From: Candidatus Multivoradales bacterium | Lineage (GTDB): Bacteria > Acidobacteriota > Thermoanaerobaculia > Multivoradales > Multivoraceae | Direction: 5' to 3' | DNA length: 64,000 nt | NCBI GenBank assembly: GCA_965223325.1 | Contig: CBDCWI010000002.1 | Coordinates: 3,552,001 to 3,616,000 of the forward strand | Notes under the pieces: generated by a model | Database searches by the model: none | What the model was told of the DNA's origin: nothing | The model's input: only the letters and a program-made list of their open reading frames with translations | Program-made: the position numbers and the translations under genes | Shown: positions 26,972 to 35,687 of the stretch, in pieces | Layout: each line of letters opens with the position of its first letter | Numbering within the stretch: the first letter of the stretch is position 1

Positions 26972-29900
26972 ATGATGTGGACCAGGGGATCTTTCTATTG
27001 GGCTTCGCAGGTACGAGCGCTGCTCGTCAGCATTGTTGGCATTGGGGTGCTGTTCGCAGGACTACCCGACGCCTCGCACGGGAGCGTTAGGCCGTTGAGC
27101 CATACAACACCCAACAGCGAGAGCGATGGATCGGACGAGACCTGCGTCAATCCTGAGGCCCTCACCCAGCTAGAGCGCGCCCTTCCGAGACTTGCCCTCG
27201 AGAAGGAGCACTGGGTCTCTGAACTCTCGAGTCTCGCCGAAGTCCGAGCGCTCTTGCGCTCGCAGGGCGCAGCGCCGGGCAAGGAGGCCGCCAGCGAGGC
27301 TGGCGCGTCCTATGAAGCCTCCGCGGATGAGATTGACCAGGTCTTTGAGTACCTCGAGAACGTTGGATCACCGACAACACGTCACCAGGTGGAGATTTCA
27401 TCCAGTACTTGGTCGGTCGAGCTCGACGTCGATCAGCGGGCATATCGTGCCGTACAGGTGGCGGCGATTCTCATTCCAGCCACGGTCGGAGCGATCGAAG
27501 GTCTCGTGAGCTACTACTGGGACCACAAGGTGCATGACGAGCCGTTCACTTGCGTTGGCGCGAGCAAGGCGACGATCGGCGGCGCGATTCTCGGAGCAGC
27601 GGCGCCGGCGTTCCAGGTGGCAGGGTATGCGCTGAGACTCAAGTACCTCAACGAGATCGGATCGAAGGCGGGGATGTTCCTCAACTCTGTTCCGGATGAT
27701 TTGGCTGCCGACGTTGTGCTTCAGATGTTCAACAGGACTCTTGGCTTCGACGTCAAAGTTCCGGAATTGGCCGAGGGCATCTCGACTCTCAACGAGTTCT
27801 TTGGCGCTCTAAATGATCTTCTTGTGGACGCGGTAACCGCCGGTCCTGGACTTCGAGGATTGATTGTTCTCTGGTGTTCGGCCGGTGGTGTACTCGCCGA
27901 CCTGGTAGCGGGGCGGTCGGTGAGCTTCAGGACCTTCGTGAGAGACGAGTTCATTCCGAACTTTGAAGAGGCGTTTGGGGTCCAGCTTCTGGAAATGAGT
28001 ATCGGACTCGACGCTGTCGTGGCAGCGGAAGAAGCGGAACCTGCAGAGGTTCGCTACGTTTCCGGGGCCCTCAAGACAAGGAACCAGGCGGGCACTCACG
28101 AGAAGGTGCTGTTCAATCCGAACGAAGTGGCCTCGTGGAGCACCGACGCCTACGTGTCTACCCCGGGGGCCTACAGGGCCGATGTGATTCTTTTTCGCGA
28201 TGGCGAAGACAGTCTCGGTGTTTCAGCATCCGATACTGCGTCCGTTGGCGGCGAGGGATCGATCAACTTCTCGGGTACGTTCAACACCGCGGACCTCTAC
28301 GAGGGGCAGGGAGCCGGCGAAGGATTGCATCACTTCCAGGTCAGCCTCGTGAACACAACCCAGGGTTGGGCTGAGTGGCTTCGAGATGGCCGAGGAGACA
28401 TCGCTCGCTTCCCGATCGAGATGCGGAACAACAGCCGGCCGTCCGTCACCATCGAGGTTCTCGGCATGGAGCTGAATCTGCCAGTGGTCACCTTGATCAT
28501 CGTTGATCCCGATGGGGAGCGGCCACAACAGGTGTCTTTTGAGATAGACGGTTCAGTGGAGGATTGGACTGGCGCCTTGCCCGCCGTTGGCGCGAGCGGC
28601 GTCAACTGGGCCGAGGGCTACAGCCTCCAGTTGCCGCCCAGGCATCTCTCGACAGGTATCTACTCGATTCAAGCCGCGGTTTCTGACAGCGGCGATACGG
28701 TGACGTCTGGGCCACCGCAGGAGCTTCGAGTGGGTGGGTTCGCGCAGCTCGATCTCCCGGCGGTCGTCCTTTCGGAAGTCGGGCGGCGTCATCAGCTCGC
28801 GGTGCGCCTCCGTGACAATGTCGGCGGGTTGCCGAATCGCCCGGTGTATCTCTACTCAGCTCAGGAGGGTCGCTTCTATGGAGAGACCGGCGAGAGTACC
28901 CGCAGAGCAGTCACCGATTTGAATGGCTGGGCGACCTTCGAATACAAGCCGTTGGAAGAAGGTCAACATCGACTAGAGGTCCACTCTCCCGCTGCAGTCC
29001 CGGACGTGGTCGTTCGGACGTCGAATGGCGTGTTGCCGGCGTGTTCTCCCCCCGAAGGTTTGCGCCTACTCAGTCCCAGTGACCAGAAGGCGAATGTCGG
29101 TGAAGAAGTCGAAATCGAGTGGAGAACGGCCGACGGTGCGTCGAGCTACGACATCTTTCTCGGTCCAACGAATCCACCGCCTTTCCGCACCAGTGTCTCG
29201 GCGCAAGAGGTGTTCGGCCAGGAAATGATCGTGGGAAACCTGACACCTGGAACCCAGTACTTCTGGAAGGTCGTCGCCCGTGCGGCGTGTAGTGGCGCCG
29301 AGCGAGCTGAGAGCGCGGTGCGCTCGTTCTTTACGCTGGGAAGCCCGGGAGGGGTCGAGCTAGTCAAACCACTGGACGGTGCTAGCGACCTGACAACGGC
29401 TCTCGTACTTGACTGGGAAAACGTCACCACGCCGGGGTCCACGACGTACTGGCTCTTCCTCGGTGAGACACCGGCACCTCCGTTCTTCGCTGACACAGAA
29501 GGGCGCTCGCAGGTACTGGTTGAGCTTGAAGCAAACCGGACGTACTTCTGGCGGGTCGAGGCTGTGGCGAACTTCGACCCTTCGCTAACTGCAACGAGTG
29601 CCACCTGGCAGTTCGAGACGGGCGGCGCCGCTTCGCAGACAGTCGAGCTTTCAGCGACCATGGATGCGGGGCTTCGCGGTGGTGCCTTTAGTAACAGGAA
29701 CTATGGAGGTGGTATCGGTGGACCTGCAGAAGAGTGGTTCTTTGGTGTGGGAAGTGGGGACGCGTTGTTCCAGGACCTCGGGAAAGAACCCATTCGTGGA
29801 GTCGTTCAATTCGATCTGTCGTCCGTTCCGGCCGGCGTGAATATCACTCATGCAAGCCTCCGTTTGATTTCGGCGGAATGGAACAATCCGATCAGTACCT

Positions 29901-31111
29901 CCACGGAGATGTTCTTTGACCCGTTCCTTTCGCCCTGGTCCGAAGAGTCGATTACCTGGTCTTCCCGCCCGCAGGTTTCCCTGGCAGACCGGGTCGAAGG
30001 GATCTTTCCGCCCAGCGGCTGGGCTCCCCTCGACACGAACGTTACGCCGCTCGTCCAGAAATGGGCCAGCGGCGCCCTTGCGAACAACGGGTTGTTGTTC
30101 TCAGTGCCCGACTGGGAAAGCACAACCAACCGCTGGGCGAGTTTCACCCAGAAGGAACGCGATGCCTCCGGGCTCTGGGCCGCGACTCTTGCCGTCACTT
30201 ACACGCTTCCGTGTTCGGCGCCGCCAGCGCCCCAGCTTGTCGGCCCGCTCGATGGCGCCACGAACGTGGAGGGTTCCGTGACGCTCGAGTGGGACGGCGA
30301 AGGAGCATCCGACTTTCTTGTGTACGTTGGAACCTCTCCGGGGCCAACCCAGAGCTCGCTCGTGAATGGCAGCTCTCTCGATATCGAGGTCGATCCGCTG
30401 ACTACCTATCATTGGCGGGTGGAGGCTTTGTCGGAGTGTGATGCCTCCTTGTCCTCGTCGTCGCCGGAACGTAGCTTTTCTACGGGAGGATGCGTTGCGC
30501 CTGACGAGCCGCTCCTGACCAGCCCGAGTCCCGATGCCCAGGGGGTTGCAAGGAGGCCCGTCCTTCAGTGGGAGCCAGCGGCCAACGCCAGCGAGTACGA
30601 TGTGCGCCTCGGCACTTCGAATCCGCCCACGCAGGTGGTGGCGACCTCAGTGACAACAAGCCAGATCATTCCCGCACTCCAGCCGGCCAATACCTACTAC
30701 TGGCAGGTTACGGCGCGGACGACGTGCGGTGATCAGCCGGAGCGCTCGACGCCTGTCCGAGCCTTCGTCACAGGTACCCCGCCGAGACTCGAGCAGGTAT
30801 CGCGACGCCTCCTCGTTTTCGGCAGTTCTGTCGAGCTTGGTGCGCACATTGCGGTTGAGGGAGGCCTTCAGCCTTTCGAATACGCGTGGACGATCGTCTC
30901 GGGCGCGGAGAATGCCTTCTTGGAGGCGGCCGGCTCGCACAACCCGATTCTGTGGCCTTCGAGGGACGGCGTCTTCGAGGTGCGAGTGCTCACGACAGAT
31001 GCGAATGGCTTCATCTCTAACACCGGTCAGATCGAGGTTCTAGTGCCAATGTTTGGTGACGATTTCGAGTCGGCTGACACAGATAGGTGGAGTTCTTCGA
31101 AGGGTGGGTAG
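26972..31111 (+). CDS. Large secreted multidomain protein: Ig-like domains, four FN3-like repeats, DNRLRE/CBM96-like domain and C-terminal FxDDFES motif
   Basis: GGAGAG RBS before ATG 26972; signal peptide; four repeats ending Y[FHY]W[KRQ]V..S..R/WxFxT; DAGLRGG..NYG..QFDLSSVP..W.E.SITW..VTPLVQKW..NNGL; ends MFGDDFESADTDRWSSSKGG. Confidence 0.75.
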   Translation: MMWTRGSFYWASQVRALLVSIVGIGVLFAGLPDASHGSVRPLSHTTPNSESDGSDETCVNPEALTQLERALPRLALEKEHWVSELSSLAEVRALLRSQGAAPGKEAASEAGASYEASADEIDQVFEYLENVGSPTTRHQVEISSSTWSVELDVDQRAYRAVQVAAILIPATVGAIEGLVSYYWDHKVHDEPFTCVGASKATIGGAILGAAAPAFQVAGYALRLKYLNEIGSKAGMFLNSVPDDLAADVVLQMFNRTLGFDVKVPELAEGISTLNEFFGALNDLLVDAVTAGPGLRGLIVLWCSAGGVLADLVAGRSVSFRTFVRDEFIPNFEEAFGVQLLEMSIGLDAVVAAEEAEPAEVRYVSGALKTRNQAGTHEKVLFNPNEVASWSTDAYVSTPGAYRADVILFRDGEDSLGVSASDTASVGGEGSINFSGTFNTADLYEGQGAGEGLHHFQVSLVNTTQGWAEWLRDGRGDIARFPIEMRNNSRPSVTIEVLGMELNLPVVTLIIVDPDGERPQQVSFEIDGSVEDWTGALPAVGASGVNWAEGYSLQLPPRHLSTGIYSIQAAVSDSGDTVTSGPPQELRVGGFAQLDLPAVVLSEVGRRHQLAVRLRDNVGGLPNRPVYLYSAQEGRFYGETGESTRRAVTDLNGWATFEYKPLEEGQHRLEVHSPAAVPDVVVRTSNGVLPACSPPEGLRLLSPSDQKANVGEEVEIEWRTADGASSYDIFLGPTNPPPFRTSVSAQEVFGQEMIVGNLTPGTQYFWKVVARAACSGAERAESAVRSFFTLGSPGGVELVKPLDGASDLTTALVLDWENVTTPGSTTYWLFLGETPAPPFFADTEGRSQVLVELEANRTYFWRVEAVANFDPSLTATSATWQFETGGAASQTVELSATMDAGLRGGAFSNRNYGGGIGGPAEEWFFGVGSGDALFQDLGKEPIRGVVQFDLSSVPAGVNITHASLRLISAEWNNPISTSTEMFFDPFLSPWSEESITWSSRPQVSLADRVEGIFPPSGWAPLDTNVTPLVQKWASGALANNGLLFSVPDWESTTNRWASFTQKERDASGLWAATLAVTYTLPCSAPPAPQLVGPLDGATNVEGSVTLEWDGEGASDFLVYVGTSPGPTQSSLVNGSSLDIEVDPLTTYHWRVEALSECDASLSSSSPERSFSTGGCVAPDEPLLTSPSPDAQGVARRPVLQWEPAANASEYDVRLGTSNPPTQVVATSVTTSQIIPALQPANTYYWQVTARTTCGDQPERSTPVRAFVTGTPPRLEQVSRRLLVFGSSVELGAHIAVEGGLQPFEYAWTIVSGAENAFLEAAGSHNPILWPSRDGVFEVRVLTTDANGFISNTGQIEVLVPMFGDDFESADTDRWSSSKGG

Positions 31112-31256
31112 TGGAGGGTGTCTCGATGTGTCCCGGCCTGTCAGAAGGGCGGTCTCGCCTCGCCTCGCTTCGGTACCGGTTCTCAAATGGCTCGAAGTGC
31201 ACACGAACGTGGTACCTGCTCGTCAACAAGGGTAGGCCGAACTCCGAAAGTAGGCT

Positions 31257-33065
31257 CTAAGACCTGGCCGCAACCCCAGTCAAAGACCCCGACCCCTGAG
31301 TCTTCAGATAGAGCGGCTCGATCCTCTCCGCGAACACCCGCAGCACCTCACGACGACGCACTTTCAATGTCGGTGTGATCTCGCCGCGTTCTTCTGAGAG
31401 CTCGCGCTCCAGAACCGCGAACTTGCGGATCCGTTCGTGGTCGGAGAGGCGGTCGTTGACGCGATCGACGGCCTCGCTCAAGATCTTGCGAAGCCGCTTG
31501 CTGGTGGCGAGTTCATCACCACTCAGCCGCTTGAACTCGGGAGGTAGTTCTTCAAAACGCGGGACGAGAAGCGCTGTGAGGTAGGGGTAGTTGTCACCGA
31601 TGACGATCGCCTGCGCGACAGCCCATTGGGCGGTGAGCATGCTTTCGATCGGTTGGGGCGCAATGTTCTTCCCGCCGGAGGTAACCAAAATGTCTTTCTT
31701 ACGGTCGGTGATGAACAAAAAGCCGTCTTTGTCGAGCTCGCCGATGTCGCCGGTGTGGAGCCAGCCGTCGGCGTCGATCGCCTCGGCGGTGGCGGTGGGG
31801 TTCTCCCAGTAGCCCTTCATGACGCCTTCGCTCTTGACCAGGATCTCGCCGTCGGGGGCGATCTTGACCTCGACGCCTGGCAACGGTGGACCCACCGAGC
31901 CGAGGCGCTTTCGGTCGTCGCGGTTCGCCGAGATCACCGGCGCCGCTTCGGTCATGCCGTAGCCCTGGTGGAGGTTGAGACCGACGGCTTCGAAGAACTC
32001 GCTGACTTCGGTGCCCAGCGGTGCGCCACCCGAGATCGCCAGGCGTAGGCGACCACCGAAGCGCTCGCGGATGGTCTGGAAGACGAGGCGGTCGGCGAGC
32101 GCTCTCTGTAGGGCGAGCCAGGGCGAGACGAAGCGGTCGAGGCGGGCGTTGGCATAGCGCTGGCCGGTGCGCAGCGCCCAGCGGAAGATCTTCTGCTTGC
32201 GCGGCTCTTCCTTGGCGACTTGTTGGGTGACCTTCAGGTAAGCGCGCTCGTAGACCCGCGGGACCGAACACAGAACGGTTGGGCGCACCTTCGGGAGGAG
32301 CTGCGGAACCCTCTCGACAGACGGTGAGTAGTGGATACGCACGCCCTGGTGAAAGAAGACGTGGTCGATCGTGCGCTCGAAGACGTGGGAGAGCGGCAGG
32401 AACGAGAGCGCCTGATCTTCTGGGCCGAGTTCGAAAGCTTCGGTGCCGGCGAGCATGTTGGAGACGAAGTTGCGATGCGTCAGCATGACGCCCTTGGGGT
32501 CGCCGGTGGTGCCGCTGGTATAGATCACGCTGGCGACGTCATCGGGCTCGACGCGGCCGGAGAGTTCCTCGAGGCGACTCGAGGTGGTCGCCGCGGCGCC
32601 TTCTCCCTGCAGAAGCACCAGCGCCAGGCCTCCCTCGGTCTTGTCCGCGGTGTCGAGCGCTACGAGCTGAGGGGGGGTGGCCAGAGAACTCTCGAGCGCG
32701 GTGAGCACCTGGGCGCGTTTCTCGCCAGAGAAGAAGACCCAGGAGGAGCCGCTGTTGCGCAGGATGAAGCCCACTGCCTCCTGATTGAGGCTGGGGTAGA
32801 TCGGTACCGTCACCAGTCCCAGGAGCTGGCAGGCGAAGTCGACCAGGTGCCACTCGGGCCGATTCTCGGACCAGATCGCGACCCGCGCGCCCTTCTTGAG
32901 GCCCCGTGCCTCGAGCGCCAGGGCGAGGGCGTGAATCCCGGACAGAAAGTCGGCCGTCGAGATCGTTTCTTTCTGCGAACCGCGATTGATCGACAGCAGG
33001 TCGGGCCTACCCGCCGACTGTTTGCGGATCCTCAAGACGAGGTCGGAGAGCGTTCTGACAGCCAA
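31257..33065 (-). CDS. fadD: Long-chain fatty acid-CoA ligase
   Basis: YTSGTTGDPKG, SFLPLSHVFER, QGYGMTE, WLHTGDIG, DRKKD, TPTLKV; probable TTG start at 33065. Confidence 0.9.
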   Translation of the reverse strand: MAVRTLSDLVLRIRKQSAGRPDLLSINRGSQKETISTADFLSGIHALALALEARGLKKGARVAIWSENRPEWHLVDFACQLLGLVTVPIYPSLNQEAVGFILRNSGSSWVFFSGEKRAQVLTALESSLATPPQLVALDTADKTEGGLALVLLQGEGAAATTSSRLEELSGRVEPDDVASVIYTSGTTGDPKGVMLTHRNFVSNMLAGTEAFELGPEDQALSFLPLSHVFERTIDHVFFHQGVRIHYSPSVERVPQLLPKVRPTVLCSVPRVYERAYLKVTQQVAKEEPRKQKIFRWALRTGQRYANARLDRFVSPWLALQRALADRLVFQTIRERFGGRLRLAISGGAPLGTEVSEFFEAVGLNLHQGYGMTEAAPVISANRDDRKRLGSVGPPLPGVEVKIAPDGEILVKSEGVMKGYWENPTATAEAIDADGWLHTGDIGELDKDGFLFITDRKKDILVTSGGKNIAPQPIESMLTAQWAVAQAIVIGDNYPYLTALLVPRFEELPPEFKRLSGDELATSKRLRKILSEAVDRVNDRLSDHERIRKFAVLERELSEERGEITPTLKVRRREVLRVFAERIEPLYLKTQGSGSLTGVAARS

Positions 33066-33195
33066 TGGCCCTTCCCTCAGAGGGCGCCGATGCGCGGGGT
33101 TGTTGGTACTACGAACCCGCTTCACCCTTCTCCGTTTTGGCAGCGTCTAGCCGGAAGTGTCGCCACAGAACTTCGAATAGAGCGTGGCGCGTCCT

Positions 33196-33720
33196 TCAGC
33201 CCGTGCCACCCGGGCGTTGGTCGGCGATCGAGCGTGGTGGCGTCATTGTTCTCAGTTCGCCACCGGCATCGGCTTCATCGGAGTCGGCTTCGAGGATTCG
33301 TTCGAAGAAGTCTACCGTCTGCCGAAACTGGTGGTACAACTCGCGCCGCGCCATCTTGAGTTCGCCTACCCGTGCTTCAACGCGGGCGGCCTCCTCCATT
33401 GCGCGATAGACGATCTGGTTGGCTTGCTGCTTGGCTTCACTGATCAACAGCTCGCCTTCCTGCTCGGCGTTCGAGCGAATCTGGTCCGAGACCTTTTGCA
33501 CCTGAAGAAGTGTTTCCTGAAGCTGCGACTCACGGCCCTGAGAGTCCTGCAGGCGCTGCCGGTAGTAGCGGTTTTCGCGCTCGAGCTTCTCGGTTTCCGC
33601 CAGGCGCTCGGCTAGTTCGTCGGCGAGACCGGCGAGCAGGGTGTCGACCTCGGTGATGTCGTAGCCGCGCATGGCCCGGTTGAAAGTCAGCTTTTGCAGG
33701 TCGATTGGCGAGATGGCCAT
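33196..33720 (-). CDS. divIVA: DivIVA-family protein
   Basis: MAISPIDLQKLTFNRAMRGYDITEVD followed by a long coiled coil; adjacent to yggS. Confidence 0.9.
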   Translation of the reverse strand: MAISPIDLQKLTFNRAMRGYDITEVDTLLAGLADELAERLAETEKLERENRYYRQRLQDSQGRESQLQETLLQVQKVSDQIRSNAEQEGELLISEAKQQANQIVYRAMEEAARVEARVGELKMARRELYHQFRQTVDFFERILEADSDEADAGGELRTMTPPRSIADQRPGGTG

Positions 33721-33871
33721 AGGTGGGATCTCCGAAGACGGGAGCGGGAAACGACCGTCGGCCATTGGCCTGTGGCTCGTGGATTCCACGAGGGCTCAGC
33801 CGACTGGTAAAGGGTAGGAGGGCAAAGGAGGGGTGGGCGCGGGATCCGAGGGCCGCGCTCCGAGACGAGCG

Positions 33872-33880
33872 AGTATAGCA
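33872..33880 (-). promoter_or_regulatory. Extended -10 element (TGcTATACT) upstream of divIVA
   Basis: Plus strand AGTATAGCA reads TGCTATACT on the minus strand, in an intergenic region. Confidence 0.5.
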
Positions 33881-33940
33881 GCGCTACCTCGGATTCCCTG
33901 CACTTCTAGCGGACGGTTTCGGCGCGCCGTGGCGAGCCGC

Positions 33941-34624
33941 TCAGTCTCGAGGGCCGAAGAGTTCGGTGCCAACCCTTATGTGCGTCGCGCCTTCTTCGAT
34001 CGCGATTTCGAAGTCGGCGCTCATTCCCATCGACAACAGCGGGAGGTTTGGAGCGACGTCGTCGCGCAGCTCTCGCATGGCTCGGAACCAAGCCCGTGCT
34101 TCGCCGGGGTCGCGTTCCCAGGGCGGAATCGCCATCAGGCCGACCGGACGGAGCCGTGGGTAGCTCCGTACCTCGACCAGCGCCTGCTCGAGTTGGCCGG
34201 CTTCGAAGCCATGTTTGCTTTCTTCGTTGCCAATGTTGATCTCGAGGAAGACGTCGAGTGGGCCGGGTTTCTCGATCGCGCGGGCGCGTCCGGCCGCCAG
34301 GCGCCGCATGATCTTCTTGCGGTCGATGGAGTGCACGACGTCGAAGATGGCGGCCGCCCGGGCTGCCTTGTTCGACTGGAGGGGTCCGATCAGGTGCCAG
34401 GTGGTGTCGTCGGGCAGAAGAGGGCGCCTCTCTTCCCCTTCCTGAACCTGGTTCTCGCCGAAATGACGCAGACCAGCCTGGTAGGCCTCTCGCAGTCGCT
34501 CGATCGGCTGGCGTTTGCTCGCACCGACCAGCGTGACTTCTGCGGGGTCGCGCCCGGAACGCTGGCAGGCGGTCCGGATACGGTCGTGGATGTGGTGAAA
34601 CCGGTCTGCGATGCTTCGTTGCAC
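33941..34624 (-). CDS. yggS: PLP homeostasis protein YggS/PLPBP
   Basis: LVGASK, FGENQVQE, WHLIGPLQSNK, EESKHGF, GLMAIPP, LSMGMSADF, IRVGTELFG; GTG start estimated. Confidence 0.93.
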   Translation of the reverse strand: MQRSIADRFHHIHDRIRTACQRSGRDPAEVTLVGASKRQPIERLREAYQAGLRHFGENQVQEGEERRPLLPDDTTWHLIGPLQSNKAARAAAIFDVVHSIDRKKIMRRLAAGRARAIEKPGPLDVFLEINIGNEESKHGFEAGQLEQALVEVRSYPRLRPVGLMAIPPWERDPGEARAWFRAMRELRDDVAPNLPLLSMGMSADFEIAIEEGATHIRVGTELFGPRD

Positions 34625-34670
34625 CTTAGGGTGCCTCGCGGTGGTTCGCCCTAAGCCGCTACGGTGCGGC

Positions 34671-35414
34671 TCAGGTAGCGGGTTCTTCGACGTAGAAGAT
34701 GCGCTGGCGGCCACACTCGCAGGTGATCACGTCGCCGGTGTTGCGCAGCTCGACGACGATCTGTGGGCGAACCTGGTAGTTGCAGACCGCACAGCCGTAG
34801 ACCTTGGGGCCTTTCGGCTTCTCGATCGCCAGGATGGGAGCCATGGGATCTCCGTCGTGGCGCTCCCAGAGACGCTCGTAGCGCTTGAGTGCCGGCTTGG
34901 CGATCTTCTCTTTGAGGACCTCGACCTCGCCTTCGAGGTTGTCGGCCTCTTTGGCGAGTTCGGGGCGCTGTGCCTCCCAGGCAGCAACTCCCTCCTTGTG
35001 GGCGTTCTCGGTTTCCTGGAAAGCGGCCACCAGGGCTTCACGCTCTGTTTTGGCCGTGTCGAGGCGCTCGAGAGCGGCAATGCCCGCCTCTTCGAGCTCG
35101 CGTTTGCTTTCGCGCGCGGCGTCGATTTCTCGCAGCAGTGCGCCGTACTCCTTCTGGGTCGAGACCGAACCGATCTGATCCTGGTAGTGATCGATCCGAG
35201 TCTGCAGCTGATCGGCTTCGCCCTCGCTCGTTCGCTGCACCGACTCGGCTTCGGTGATGACCGTATCGAGCGCCTCGATAGCAAGCCTCTGCTCTTCGAA
35301 CTGAGCATGCAACTCCTGCATTTCGTCCGGGAGGTTTTCCATGCTGTGCTTGACGTCACGCAGGCGGAGCAGCAACTTGTTGAGTTCGACGAGATGTTCG
35401 ATTGTGGACGGCAT
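34671..35414 (-). CDS. Coiled-coil protein with C4 zinc ribbon (DUF164/CT398/HP0958-like)
   Basis: Long coiled coil, KEYGALLREID, C-terminal CAVC..CECGR..Y. Confidence 0.85.
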   Translation of the reverse strand: MPSTIEHLVELNKLLLRLRDVKHSMENLPDEMQELHAQFEEQRLAIEALDTVITEAESVQRTSEGEADQLQTRIDHYQDQIGSVSTQKEYGALLREIDAARESKRELEEAGIAALERLDTAKTEREALVAAFQETENAHKEGVAAWEAQRPELAKEADNLEGEVEVLKEKIAKPALKRYERLWERHDGDPMAPILAIEKPKGPKVYGCAVCNYQVRPQIVVELRNTGDVITCECGRQRIFYVEEPAT

Positions 35415-35527
35415 TGAGTGGGCGAGCGCCCCTTCCAGGGTTGTGCGAGGTGCCAGAGCGACGGGTTCCTGGAACCAATGGCGACCGCGGCCCTGGGGCC
35501 ACCGCGATCCGTTCAGCACCGGTGGCA

Positions 35528-35600
35528 TGGGTCCACCTGGATTTGAACCAGGGACCAACCGGTTATGAGCCGGATGCTCTAACCACTGAGCTATGGACCC
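35528..35600 (-). tRNA. tRNA with CAT anticodon, probably Ile2 (lysidine); CCA not encoded
   Basis: GGGTCCATAGCTCAGTGGTTAGAGCATCCGGCTCATAACCGGTTGGTCCCTGGTTCAAATCCAGGTGGACCCA; paired 1:72, no initiator GGG/CCC anticodon stem, Ile2-like CTCATAA loop. Confidence 0.88.
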
Positions 35601-35687
35601 GTCAAACTGTTCGGTGCCCGAGAGTAACGCAAAGCCGGCCACCGAGGAAGCTGCCGGCGGTGCCGAGACCCCGAGAGAACCGAGGGG

